A DNA stretch of 63,984 nucleotides, filler included, from Hyphochytrium catenoides (Eukaryota > Protista > Hyphochytriomycota), in assembly GCA_900088475.1 (NCBI GenBank). It is 11 parts of 11 records of this genome, joined end to end, with 100 filler letters (N's around TTAATTAATTAA, not from the genome) between each part and the next. Parts side by side here need not be neighbours in the genome. Positions count along the whole stretch, not along the records: positions 42,941 to 53,189 come from FLMG01003393.1; positions 53,290 to 55,316 come from FLMG01003661.1; positions 55,417 to 60,038 come from FLMG01004508.1; positions 60,139 to 61,306 come from FLMG01001203.1; positions 61,407 to 62,872 come from FLMG01000199.1; positions 62,973 to 63,984 come from FLMG01003612.1; 5 more parts are not named here. One strand, written 5' to 3'. Below the pieces are notes generated by a model. The model was not told the origin of the DNA. It saw only the letters and a program-made list of their open reading frames with translations, and ran no database searches. The translations under genes and the position numbers were made by a program. Every line of letters begins with the position of its first letter. The first letter of the stretch is position 1. Positions 50,920 to 63,744 of this stretch are shown piece by piece.

Positions 50920-51146
50920 CTTTGCCTCTCACCTCAAGATGTCCGAGTAATAGATCACTTCCGCCCTCTCTCTCCACTTACTGCTGTCTCTCCTGCTGGG
51001 GCTTTGACTGTCGTGGGGCCCATAAAGTTTACTGCAGCAGAGCAGTCAAAGCTTTTATCTCCAAGGGTCAAAGAGGCCAGACACTCTCAGGGCAAGCGCT
51101 GTGGATACGCTTTAGACAGACACTTCTTACTTCAGCCTTAGACACG

Positions 51147-52568
51147 ATGGCAGCCAACACCTCAGCAACAGACAAGCAGAAGGAAGTCCAAGACTTCCTA
51201 CAAGTCTTCGAGGAGCTGAAAGTGGAGCTGCTGCGCGAGCTGGCCCCGGAGTACGAGGTGCCAGAGGAGTCGACCCAATGGATTGAGGAGATGATCACGT
51301 ACAATGTTAAGGGTGGCAAGCTAGTTAGAGGCCTCACCGTCCTGCATGGAGCTCGTGCAATCGCGAAGGCTACAGGCAAGACTTTGACAGCTGAGGAGGT
51401 AAGACAAGACGAGAGGGAACAGAGCAGAGAGGAGCATGAAGTAGAGTAGCGATGGAAGAGAGTGTATGAAGCCGCTGCCGCGCTGTTGAGTGCTCTCTCT
51501 GATCCCTGTCGCTGCAAAAGTCCCTTCTCTGTCTTTTTCGTTCTATTGTCTAGCGTGTCGTGGTCTCCTTGCCTCTCTCGTGTTCCTCTTAGGTCCAAGG
51601 GCTCCTCTTCTTCCGTCATTTGTCGTCGTTCTTCCCCAGGCCACGGCTCTCTCATTATGAGCTATCTCTCTTGCTCCCCTCTTTCCTTTTACCTCGCCCG
51701 CATACTTACCAAGCCTCTATCTGCTTCCTTGTGTTATAACAAACTGCAGACAAAGTTGGCCAGCATACTGGGCTGGTGCATTGAGTGGCTTCAGGCGTTC
51801 TTCCTTGTCGCTGATGATGTCATGGACTCGAGCATCACTCGCCGCGGCCAGCCTTGCTGGTACAAGCTCCCGAAGGTGGGCTTGGTGGCGATCAATGACT
51901 CTTTCCTCCTGGAGTCACAGATCTATCGGATTCTTCGGAGGTACTTCCGGTCTCAGCCTTATTACGTGGAGCTCCTTGAGCTCTTCCATGAGACCGCGTA
52001 CCAGACAGAGATCGGACAGCTGCTAGACACGACGGCCCAGCCTTTAGACCAGGCACCGGACCTCACGCGCTTCACTCTTGATCGGCACCATCGCATCGTG
52101 AAGTATAAGACGTCTTTCTACTCCTTCTACCTGCCGGTGGCATGCGCGATGACTGTATCTGGTTTCACGGATGAGAAGAGCTTCAAGACCGCGCGGGACA
52201 TCTGTGTGAAGATGGGTGTATACTTTCAGATTCAGGACGATTACCTAGATTGCTATGCAGACCCTGAGGTGCTTGGCAAGATCGGCACAGATATTCAGGA
52301 CAATAAGTGCAGCTGGCTCATCGCACAGGCTCTGACCCGTGCGTCTGAAGAGCAGAAAGCCATTCTATTGGCACATTATGGAAAGAACCAGCCGGAGCAC
52401 ATTGAATCTGTGAAGAGAGTTTACAGGGAGTTGGATCTGGAGGGCGTCTTCAAAGAGTATGAAGCCACCAGCTACAAGGAGCTCAAGGCAATGATCGATA
52501 GCGTCGAGGGCATTCCTAAGGAAGTGTTCCTGGACCTACTGGCGAAGATTTACAAGCGCTCCAAGTGA
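51147..52568 (+). CDS. FPS: Farnesyl diphosphate synthase (2 exons: 51147-51398, 51750-52568; about 356 aa)
   Basis: YNVKGGKLVRGL; FARM AFFLVADDVMD followed by RRGQPCWY; IVKYKTSFYSFYLP; SARM FQIQDDYLD; GKIGTDIQDNKCSW; C-terminus KIYKRSK. Phase-0 GT-AG intron. Confidence 0.95.
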
Positions 52569-52722
52569 GGCACAGACCGTGATCGGTAGGATTTTTAGGG
52601 TTTAGTGCAGAAGCACTATCAGGGCCCTAGGGAGCTGAGAGCATCCCTCACCTTATCGAAAGGAAACATATATTAAATTTATCCAGCAAGGAAGTCATAT
52701 TGATTGATGGCAGAGCAGGGTT

Positions 52723-52781
<59 letters not shown>

Positions 52782-53533
52782 GCCTCTCTCTCACACAAAG
52801 ACTTCGTACACCACATCCAACATATCGCCCTTTGCATGATCAGAATCTTTGATATAGCTACCGAACTATATAACTTAGAGGTCCGATGACCGAATGTGTA
52901 CTCCAGTCTCTGGAACCCCATCCGTCAGCCATCCGTCCTCCGATAGCGCTCACTCCAGATGGTGACTCGGAATGAGCAACAAGATAACTCGCGTCTCGTT
53001 TAACCACGCAATCCTCCGTTGGTTTACACGCAGCTCTCTATCTGCAGCTTCTTCATCTTCAGCGGGAGTGCAGGAAGTAAGGAGGAGGCAGACGCAGGAT
53101 TCTTCATGGCCGTGACGATTAACTTCATAACAATAAAAGAGCAGAAATGTTGAGCATATTGCAGACCTTCTCTCTCTCTCTCTCTCTCTNNNNNNNNNNN
53201 NNNNNNNNNNNNNNNNNNNNNNNNNNNNNNNNNTTAATTAATTAANNNNNNNNNNNNNNNNNNNNNNNNNNNNNNNNNNNNNNNNNNNNACCTTTTCTCT
53301 CTCACAGTCTTTCCTATTTTCCTCTTTCTCTCCTCCTTCCCTTTCTCTCCCTGACTCCACATGATGGGTGGTGGTGAGCGTACGTCGAGCAGACTGCCTT
53401 TCTTACGCAGGGTTAAGATCTCGGCGACGACAGCTCTAAGTCAAGCGATCCATCAGGTTGTACGGCGAGAGAAAGACCCGGATAAGGAGACAGAAGGCTA
53501 TAGTAAGCATAAGAGAAGGAAGTCTCTCTCAAT

Positions 53534-53580
<47 letters not shown>

Positions 53581-53950
53581 CTCTCAGGTTGTCTGTCTCT
53601 TGGACTCTCTCTCTCCCCTAACTCTGGCTCGTGCAGATGCTCTAAGCGGGGCGCCGGTGAATGTCAGTGGCCGGGACGACGCGTGCCTGTACGGCTTGGA
53701 CATGAGCTGCTCTGGCGTGCTGCGAGGCTTCCGCTGACGACGGAAGAGAGCTCTCAATCACATCGCGGCCGATGAAAATGAAAGAGGCATTGAGACAGAG
53801 AAAGAGAGGAAAGTGGGAGATGATGGTAGAAGTGTTAGGGAAAGAAAGAGGGAAACAAGAGAGAGAGAGAGAAAGAGAGAGAGAGAAGAGGAACGGAGGC
53901 GTACAAGGAGAAGGAATAGACGAAGCAGACCGGGCAAGAGGTAGAGAGAG

Positions 53951-54189
53951 AGAGAGAAGAGGCAGACATGGAGAGAGACAGACAAGGTGGACACTTTACA
54001 GTCGTACTCACTCAAAGCGCGCGAGAGAGAGAGCAAGAGAGAGAAGAGAGAGAGAGCAAGAGAGAGAAGAGAGAGAGAGCAAGAGAGAGAAGAGAGAGAA
54101 GAGAGAGAGCAAGAGAGAGAGGGGAGAGAGAAGAGGCAGACAGGAAGAGAGACAGACGCGGTGGACACTTTACAGTCGTACTCACTCAA

Positions 54190-54193
<4 letters not shown>
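53951..54193 (+). repeat. Direct repeat (period 174 bp) embedded in GA microsatellite
   Basis: Identical 34-mer ggtggacactttacagtcgtactcactcaaagcg at 53986 and 54160, with similar upstream flanks. Confidence 0.8.
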
Positions 54194-54224
<31 letters not shown>

Positions 54225-54941
54225 GCAAGAGAGAGAAGAGAGAGAGATTAAGAGANNNNNNNNNNNNNNNNNNNNNNNNNNNNNNNNNNNNNNNNNNNNN
54301 NNNNNNNNNNNNNNNNNNNNNNNNNNNNNNNNNNNNNNGGCTCTGTGGACTCACTGAGTGCGTGCGAGCGTGGCTGCGTGATATGCATGCGGGGACCTAG
54401 AGGGTGTCAGACCAGAGCCAGAGGCAGACGTAGCACAAGACAGAGAGAGGAATAGAGAACGTATTTGCGTAGGAAAATGAGTATGGAGAAGGGAGACAGA
54501 GGAGGTACTAGCGACAGACAGAGTTTGGAGAAAGAGAAAGAGCCTACTGTCATGGGTGACTCTTCCTTAGCATGGCCTTTCAGAGGGTGTGCTGATCGAG
54601 ACAGAGCTTGGATAGTAAATGAGATGGAGTCACCACAAGCCTAAGGATAAAACCTAAACACATGGAGGTATAGCGACGATATGCTAGACCAAGAGATTTG
54701 TGTTGACAAGTTTGACTGGAGCAGAACGACCGCATCGAGACCTCCTCCAGGAGTGACGCCCACTCCTTTGACCAGTTAACAGATGTCAGCCAATCAGAAT
54801 AGAGTAAAGATCAATATGCAACCAATCAGACGAGAGATTCTGCCATCCACCGGCCAATGAGAGTGAAGCTAAGAGTCTGGCTATCCAGTCAGCGGCCGCC
54901 ATCACCCTGGCGTGCCAACCTGTATACCCCTCACTTTCATC

Positions 54942-55029
<88 letters not shown>

Positions 55030-55285
55030 CTTTCTCTCTCTTCCTCTTCACTTTAGTTTTCTCTTGTTCCCCCCACTTTCTTTCTCTCTATCTCACCCTT
55101 TGGCGCAGTTTCAACATCATTCTTTCCACCATCTGCCTGCTCGCAGCAACGCAGACTGGCTTCAACATTATCGCCTGTCTACTAGAAGCTGTACGAAGGG
55201 AAGACAAAAGAAGAAATAGAGTGGGGAGAGAAAGGAGACAAACAAAGAGCTGAACGTACAGATCAAAGGGGATGACGCAAGAATG

Positions 55286-55316
<31 letters not shown>

Positions 55317-55889
55317 NNNNNNNNNNNNNNNNNNNNNNNNNNNNNNNNNNNNNNNNNNNNTTAATTAATTAANNNNNNNNNNNNNNNNNNNNNNNNNNNN
55401 NNNNNNNNNNNNNNNNGGACTAGACTCTCTTTCTCTTCCTCTCTTTCTCTCTCTCGCTGCCGGTCTGCCTTCCACTGCAGTGAGCATCAAGAGATGAGGA
55501 AGAAGTGGTTAGAGTAGACGAAGCTAGCATCAGCATTCGTAGCGATGCCTTTACTCACTCTTTCCCTCAGCCCTTTCATTATGATTAGCCCGTAACAGAA
55601 GTAAAGATTCAGAAAGATCACACCATGCATTCTACCTTCTACCCCGCTGCATCTACGATGCCTTTCTCCTTTCTCCTCTCTTCGACAGCTGTTCATCCGA
55701 GGGCCAGACGTCCGGTTCTTGAAGAGCTTCTTGAAGTGTGAAGAGAGGTTGGTGGTTTACTACTCTCTGCTCTCTTCTCAATCTCTCTCTCCTTTTGTGT
55801 CTGCCTCTCCATCTCTCTCAAACGACTCTCTCTCTCTCTCTAATGTCTGTCTCTCTCTCTCCATATCTCTCTCTCAAACGACTCTCTTT

Positions 55890-55922
<33 letters not shown>

Positions 55923-56027
55923 CCTCCACGGTTCCATCCACATCAAAGCAGCGTTTTCTTGGTGTCATTTATACCACACTTGGCCGGTATAAAGCCGGTA
56001 TAAAATGGGAAAAAGGGGGAATAATCC

Positions 56028-56122
56028 TAGGGTTAGGGTTAGGGTTCGTAGGTTAGGGTTAGGGTTAGAGCTGGTCTGGTCGCTAACCGCTAGGATCAAA
56101 GTTAGGGTTAGGGTTAGGTTAG
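56028..56122 (+). repeat. Interstitial telomere-like (TTAGGG)n tract, interrupted
   Basis: tagggttagggttagggttcgtaggttagggttagggttagag ... gttagggttagggttaggttag. Confidence 0.85.
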
Positions 56123-58735
56123 TCCTCTCTCTTTCTCTCTCTGTTTGGCTTCCTTTGTTCTTCTCTCTCTCTCACTACTTCTTCCAGTCTTGGCTGCTCT
56201 AGGAGAGAAGAAAGTTCTTTCTCTTCTCCTCTGCTTTTTATCTCTATGTTTCTCCCTTTCTTCTTCCTCTATTTTTTACTTTCTCTTCTCCTTCTCTCTC
56301 ACTCTTCCTGTCCAGTCTCCCCTCTCCTCTCCTCCTCTTCGTCTTTCTTTCTTCTCCTTTGATGATGATGAAAAAAAATATGTAGGCCCAAAGGGGAGAG
56401 AAATAATAAAAAAGCTGATGAGCAATAATCTTGTCGTCGTCTTCTTCTGCAGCAGACAGTTTCTTCTTCTCAAAGAATCAAGGAGGGAGGAAAGACAAGA
56501 CCGTCATCGTCAGCCTCTTCCTCTCTCTTTTCGATCGTACGTAGTGCTCTTCTGTTATGCTGATTAAAGAAGAAGAAGAGAGTATTTGGAAGCAAGAAGA
56601 GCAAGAGGCGGAAGAAAGAGAGAGATTGTGGCTCCAAAAGGCAGCCGTCATCAGTCATTACTATAGCTCTATTATTGAGGCATCAGAAGCTCAGCCCGGT
56701 TTCTATGATTAATTCTTCCTTTATTTCTTCTAATAAGTGAACTAACGAACCGCTGAGCAAGGCCAAGAAGAAGAATTTAAAAGTTGATCATCCACAAAGA
56801 AGTTAGAAGGGCAAATCAAAGAAGAAGAAGAGAGAATAAAGAAGGTAGGGATACCAAAAAAAGAAGGAGAGAGAGAGACAACATGGAAGAAGAGGAGAAG
56901 TAAGAGAGAGAGAACGATAGAGAGGAGAAAGAGAGACCGCGATGCTAGGGAGGAGAAAGAAAGAGATACGAGAGAGAGAGGAGAGAGAGAGGAAACCATA
57001 AGAAAGAGCGGCAACGGACAGAAGATAAATAAGGTGCTACGCTGGTTCAAAAATAAGACGCACTAGCTCTCCTCCTCCTGCTGCTGTCCTTTCTCTGTCT
57101 GGCATTTCCCCACGTTATAACTCAACGTCATCATCGTCATCATCTTTGTCATTCAGTCCCTTCGACCTTTCGCGTACTGCTTTCTATATTAGCAGCCGTC
57201 TCTCCTCCCTCGCCCCCATGGTTCCTAAAGGCTCTTGGATAATAAGGATGATCCTTCTCTTCTAACGAGGCGAAAGTGCGGATTGTGAGCTGGATGAAGC
57301 TGTTCCCTCTCCTATAAGCTTCATTATTATTAGGGGGAGCACTGTTGTTCGTACTGCAGCCCTTTCATAGTTTAACCGCTAGCGGTCGCAGTAGCAGCAG
57401 TAGCAGCAGTAGCACATTCATAGAGCTCTCAGAACAGAGAAAGTCTGACGGGAGGAATGAGAGAGAGACAGCAAGAGAGAGATGCTCTAACGGCAGCAAT
57501 GATTCCTTCTTGCTGCCGGTGCAACTTCAAAGTGTAAGGTGATGCTTGTCGCATCACAAAGGCCAAGAGGACACAGAGCCAAATAGCTCGATACCGCTGA
57601 CGACAGTCTCTGGAATAGAGGGGTACAAGGTAGCAAAAGAGGCCAAGAAAAAAAAATAGTGGCAGAGGAGGAGAGTCAGAGCCTCGGAGTCTCTTGTGCC
57701 ACATTCTCCACTCTCCTGCATCCCGAAGTTTGGACTGATGATAGGACCTCGCATCACATCAGCAAGTGAACGAAGAGACCAACAGAGATAAGACAGGGAA
57801 AGCTGCCTTCTCTCGTAAGAGGAATCTAGCATCTCTCTCTCTCTCTTTTAGAAAAATCTCTGTTTGCGGCAGAGATGTGGCGTTGGCAGCGTCGGAAAGT
57901 GACCTCAAAAGACCCAGAAAAAAGTGACCCAAGAAAGACCAAAGACGAAGCTGAGTGTAGATGTGACCCCGTTCTCGCAGTCAATGGCTTGGTAGGAAAG
58001 AAACGAAGACGCTTTCTCTCTCTTTCTCTCTTCAACCTTTCTTTCCCGTCATCATCTCCAGAGTTCTCTTATCAAGAGCACTCTTCCTATGATAAGCTCC
58101 TCTCCCATTATGGATTATGGGCTTCAAGCGTCAAGCCCCTCATCAACCGTCTTTCCTACTGTCACATTATTGGTCTTGGCAGCTGCATGTGGAAGTTTGC
58201 CTTAGACCATTCTTCCCCCTACATTTTTCAAGAGAGAGAAAGAGAGAGAAATGCAGAATGAAGAGAGAAGCCTCGCCTATGATGGACCAACTGAGAATTT
58301 TGATGTATGGATAAGAGATTTCTCATCTCTGTGGCTCAGCCAACATTGTAAGCGAACCTGCACCATGACGCTCAAGACAAGCCGACCAACAGCTTCTCTC
58401 TCTCTTTCTCCCTTTCTCTCTCTCGCACCACTACTAGTTAGTGTTTACGGGGGAGAAAGAATATTGGGACTCTGTCTGCTTCTCTCTCCTGCTTGTAATG
58501 CTTGTGAAAAGAGAAGGCTAGCGTTGTTGTTGCAGCAGCATCAAGGTACTCGCCTTTCCTGCTAACTTCTTCCTTCTTTTCAGTCTTCTGGCGGCGGCTG
58601 ATCGAAAAGCTGGCAGACATCAATGACTCCCAACGGCAGGAAGGAGGAAGAGAGCATGAAAGATCAGCAGAGTCCACCACGATTACTATGATTACCTAGA
58701 AATAAAAAGGAGAGAGAGAGAAGGGAGAGAGAGAG

Positions 58736-58773
<38 letters not shown>

Positions 58774-59130
58774 TGAGAGAGAAAGAGATGAAGGAAGAGG
58801 AGGCAGATCCTAAAGGAGCTATATGTATGACGTGCCTATCACTTCTTGCTTTGGCCGATATGTTGTCCGCCCTTCTTTGCCCCGCCAGTCAAAGAGTACT
58901 CGTAGCCGACCACAGGCCCGTGACGGAAGACACTGACAAGAGAGAGAGAAAAAGAGTAGGAGAGAGACGAAGAAAAGGACAGAGAGAAAGAGAGACAAGC
59001 AGGGCTGATGAGGTTCTTATTCATTTTTTACTTTTTTTCTATGAAATGAGAGCGCAGAAGACGCCAAACAAAGAGGAGAGAGAGCCAAATGATACTATCC
59101 AGCTCTCAGAACCCTCACGATCGGCAGGAA

Positions 59131-59163
<33 letters not shown>

Positions 59164-59710
59164 CTGATCGAGCGGGTTCATGACTCGCGAAGCATAGGAC
59201 GTGACTGATAGGAAAAGTAGGGAATGGAGGAGCCATCATCACTGATCATCTTCATCATCACTTTGACATGTCAAGAGTTGTCCAAAGAGATAAAAATTCT
59301 CTCTCCTAATCGCCAGTTCTCTCTCTCCTCTCTTGTTGCGTGTGAGTCTCTCTCTCTTGTCAAGTGTGAGTCCCTCTCTCTCTCTCTGTCTCTTTCTCTG
59401 TTTCTGCAATGCCGCCGTTGCGTGTGTCCGACCGACGCCACAGAAAGATTTGCAGCTTATTTGCACGACAGTGGAGGTCAAAGCTCAAGGGCAAGAGGGG
59501 GAGAATGGGAAGAGACAAAGAAGAAGAGAGAGACAACGACAACTGATGAAAGGGGGACTGAAGAATGATGAAAAGAAGAGAGAAAGAGGAAGAAGAGATC
59601 ATTCAGAAATGTGTAGAAGAAGAGGAGGAAGATAGATGCCTGGTCATGCAGGTGGAAAGAAAAGGCGCAGAAAGAGGGAGAGAGAGAGACGGGGAAAGAG
59701 TCGGTATGAA

Positions 59711-59765
<55 letters not shown>

Positions 59766-60854
59766 CTTTTGATGCTTTCCTACCTTGAGGTAGAATGTTA
59801 CTGCATTTTGAGGGCACCCGAAAGAACAACTCTTTTCTCTCTCTTTCACTCTGTCTCCCTCCTTTCAATTTCACAAGTACTGTCTAATATACCACATTTG
59901 TGAGATTATATGTAGATCTCTTGCACACTCTTTCTCGGTGATTTGAAGTATCTTACCTCCCTGGCTCCTATCTCTTTCTCTTTTATGTCAGGTCTAACCC
60001 TACAAGGACGAATCGCCGAAACAAATGAAAGGGGAAAANNNNNNNNNNNNNNNNNNNNNNNNNNNNNNNNNNNNNNNNNNNNTTAATTAATTAANNNNNN
60101 NNNNNNNNNNNNNNNNNNNNNNNNNNNNNNNNNNNNNNGGTCCTGTCTCTCGCTGAGCCGCAGCTCCCGTCTGCGGCTCTCGATATTCCCCATCTGCAGG
60201 TGCAAGCAGAGAGTGCTACCACCTTAGATCCCTGCTACCGAAGAAGCACAGCAATCTTGAGAAATTGGAGATGATTACTCTGCACGTCCGTGCTGATGGC
60301 GCATGCTATCTGCACTCCCATCTCGTCGTGACTCCTATGACCAGTAGTGTCACCAACTTAGGGCTGTTTGTGCGTTAAGACAGCTGTATGGCATGCGAGC
60401 CTTGGTATGACATGCGAGTCTTGGCTCAGGGCTACCCTATCCCTACATATCTGGCGACACATTGCCCTCGAAAAATGACCACAGCTTCAAGGTCGCCAAT
60501 GCGCGATCTCCGTCTGCATCTGCATCTGGAGATCATCGCGAAAACAGATTTTCGGCATCCCTTCAACACCGCTTAGGCCGTTTCGGGCGTGAAGTGAAGG
60601 TCTTTAAGCAAATTGAGAACCAGTCGCTCTAGTCTATGAATTGGATGGTGGCAGTAGCTTAAAGGCTCTTGTCATCCGTGATTACCTATTTTGGGATAAC
60701 TGTAGTTGTGGTTTTTCGTGGTGGGTCTTTAAGATTCGTTTATTACAGTGAGGGGCGATGGGTGAGAAAACTCTTAAAGGTCCATAATGGGTTAGAATCT
60801 GGTGATCTTTCTCTGTGTGTCTCTCTCTCTCTCTTCTTCTTTGTGCTCTCTCTC

Positions 60855-60885
<31 letters not shown>

Positions 60886-62111
60886 NNNNNNNNNNNNNNN
60901 NNNNNNNNNNNNNNNNNNNNCTCTCTCTCTCTCTCTCTCTCCCTCTCTCTCTCTCTAAATTTGTCATTAAACCTCTGTGTTTTCGTACAGTGTAGCACTA
61001 ACGAGCAAGAGGAAGAGTGCGCGACCTGAGATGAAGAGAGACTGGAGCTCTGTTGGTTCAAAGAAGAGAGCGAGCGCGTTCCGGACAAAGGTAGTCTCGA
61101 GTCAAAGAGAGGGAGACATAGAACTTGACATACATAGCCGGTCGTAAGGTGACACACGGAAGGAAAGAGAAAGAGAAAGCAGGAGAGAAGGAAAAACAAA
61201 GGAGAGAGAGAGAGAAAAGAAAGTCATAGAGACGAGCGACGGCGAGCAAGAGAGAAAGAGAGGGCGAGAGAAAGGAGAGGGAGATAAGGGGAGAGGGAGA
61301 GAGGAGNNNNNNNNNNNNNNNNNNNNNNNNNNNNNNNNNNNNNNNNNNNNTTAATTAATTAANNNNNNNNNNNNNNNNNNNNNNNNNNNNNNNNNNNNNN
61401 NNNNNNCTCTCTCTCCTTTCTCAATGTTGTGCGGCAATCTTCATGGGTCTTCCTTTAGAGTGCGTTAGTGCTATACACTCAGTCAGCTTAAAGACACGGG
61501 ACCAACGAGAGAGCAAGAGAAAGAGAGAGAGAAAGCGGCGCGTGCTGCTGCTACTCCTCATCTTCTGGCTTTAGAGCTCTCCGACCGGCCAAGAAGGTCA
61601 GACAAGCAACAGACCATCGCTAACGTTATCCGAGGAAAGCCCTTGACGCGTTCTCAGCTCATTGATCTTCAATGAAGGGCCAGCATCGAGCACTGAGAGG
61701 CCATTATATCGCAAGTTGGACATGCCAAAAAAGAGGGACCACGGATTTGAGCTTGAAAGTGACGGAGCTGTTCACGAGAAGCAGTGAGAAAAGAGAAGAA
61801 CTAAGATGATAGAGAGAGAGAGAGGAAGAAAGAGAGAGGAGAGAGAGAGAGAGAGACATGAGATGGAGGGAGAGACATGAGATGGAGAGCGAGAGAGAGA
61901 CCGGGAGAGCGAGAGTTAGAAGGGTAGAGCGAGAGAGAGAGAGGGAACGCGAAAGAGCGAGAGAGAGAGAGAACGCGGGAGAAGAGAGAGAGAGAGGGAG
62001 AAGAGAGAGCGAGAGAGCGAGAGAGCGAGAGAGCGACAGAGAGAGGAGCGAGAGAGAGAGAGAGAGNNNNNNNNNNNNNNNNNNNNNNNNNNNNNNNNNN
62101 NNNNNNNNNNN

Positions 62112-62143
<32 letters not shown>

Positions 62144-62530
62144 GAGAGAGATGACCTGTTGGCTGCCGTGTACATTGGTTAGAACTAGTTAGTTCTTTGT
62201 TGAGAGCAAGTGCCGTTACTGAGCCCCACTGCCCTTTCGATTCACGAAATATAACATTCAATGAATCCTTCCACTGAGTATTGTCAGTATTCCCCTGCTA
62301 TAATATTCCCCAAGGAAGCTTTCATTATTGCAAACAATCTAGGTTTCCGGCTTTCCATGCCGTTAGCGGTACATTGAATCAATGGTGTTCTGATCAGAGA
62401 GAGAGAAGGAACTTCAAGAGAGAGAAAGAGCGTTGCTGCCTGCAGTGGGACAGAGATTGATATGAGAGAGAGAGCGAGAGAGAGAGAGTGTGAGAGAGAG
62501 AGTGAGAGAGAGAGTGAGAGAGAGAGCGTC

Positions 62531-62769
62531 ATGCAAAGTACCGATCCTTTCAACGCCACGACGCCTGCATCCAGCTGCGGAGCACGCTTGAAGAAGGAGA
62601 GATCAAAAGAGAAGGAGAGCTATCAAGGCACCAACTGGTTAGGGGAAGATATGGAGCACGCGGAAGCGGTCGCAGGGGCCGCGGAGGGCAATGTCGCTGC
62701 TCCTCCGGAGCTGAAGAGACCCTCGCCTGAGTTTGTTCGAGAAGCAGGAGTGGCACCCGTGAAGCCTGA
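62531..62769 (+). CDS. First exon of a possible tRNA-dihydrouridine synthase DUS3-like gene (partial)
   Basis: Open frame ending PEFVREAGVAPVKPE at a GTAAG donor, resembling the G-x-A-P-(I/V)-K-x-E N-terminal motif of DUS3 proteins. The contig ends soon after. Confidence 0.3.
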
Positions 62770-62972
62770 GTAAGCCTGTAGACCCTGCCCTAGGGATCTT
62801 CTATCTCCTTAACGTTTCAGTTACCCCTCTCTCCCTTTCCTCCCTCATTATCTCTCTTTCTCTCTCTCTGTCNNNNNNNNNNNNNNNNNNNNNNNNNNNN
62901 NNNNNNNNNNNNNNNNTTAATTAATTAANNNNNNNNNNNNNNNNNNNNNNNNNNNNNNNNNNNNNNNNNNNN

Positions 62973-63744
62973 GCTTCCTCTCAAGAAGAAGAATAGGCGG
63001 ACCGAGAGAAGGAGGACGTTGTACTCCAAGTTCCTCTATCACACTCTGGGACAGGGTGAACCATCAAATTCGGCTTCTTCTCCCTCCGCGTGCGCCTCTC
63101 CCTCGTCCGCTCTCCCTCTCTCTCAGATCTCGGAGGATCCTCGCGGCTTGACTGGAGACATTGTGGCCTTAGAACGTGAGTGGGTCGAAGAGTGGAGTAA
63201 GGCTGGAGAGGCGGGATTGTTAAGATATGGAGACAAGGAGAGAGAGCGGTGACCGTAGGAATATCTATCCAGGGTAGGAGATTTCCCAAATGATGGAGGG
63301 GTCACCGCACTGAAGGAGATAAAAGGGAGAAGGGAAGAGAGAAGAGGAAGAAAGGCGGAACTTGAGATAGACAGACTCCAAGCCAAAGGTTGGATTGGTA
63401 CGGAAAGTACTAGATGGAACGAAGCGAGACAGAGAGAGAGAGAGAGAAAGAGAGCTGCAGCTGTGTTCCAGAGCTATCAGTCTGACTCGCTATCTCCTCT
63501 TCGATTCGCTTGCCCTTGCTCCCACTTGTTTGTATGCAACCTCTAGGCCACGATCAGCTCTCTCCATTCTCTCCACGCCGGAAAGCCGCGATGGAGATTC
63601 AACCAACGTCCTCATCCTCCTTTCAGCGCGTTCTCCGTTGGCAGCTAAGCGATTTGTCTCTTCTGCTGGGCAGCGACTCCGTGGTGTTCCAGCCCCAGGG
63701 CGGAGGAGGACCCATTAGCATTGCTCTCCATGATGTCAACGAAG
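62973..63744 (+). CDS. Internal exons of an EDRF1-like protein (partial)
   Basis: TLYSKFLYHTLG and FQRVLRWQLSDLSLLLGSDSVVF..PISIALHD, resembling EDRF1-family segments (LSKFLYYS; FLRVLFWQF..MLLGSD..VSLHLWD). Acceptor AG ends at 63546; donor GT at 63745. Confidence 0.55.

Noticed and set aside
50814-51146. Upstream in-frame leader as an FPS targeting peptide
   Set aside because: It runs through a CT microsatellite and looks like promoter/5' UTR; no supporting evidence.
51462-51749. N-terminal extension of the 368-aa FPS ORF
   Set aside because: It is read-through of the GT-AG intron 51399-51749; the true N-terminus is in exon 1 from 51147.
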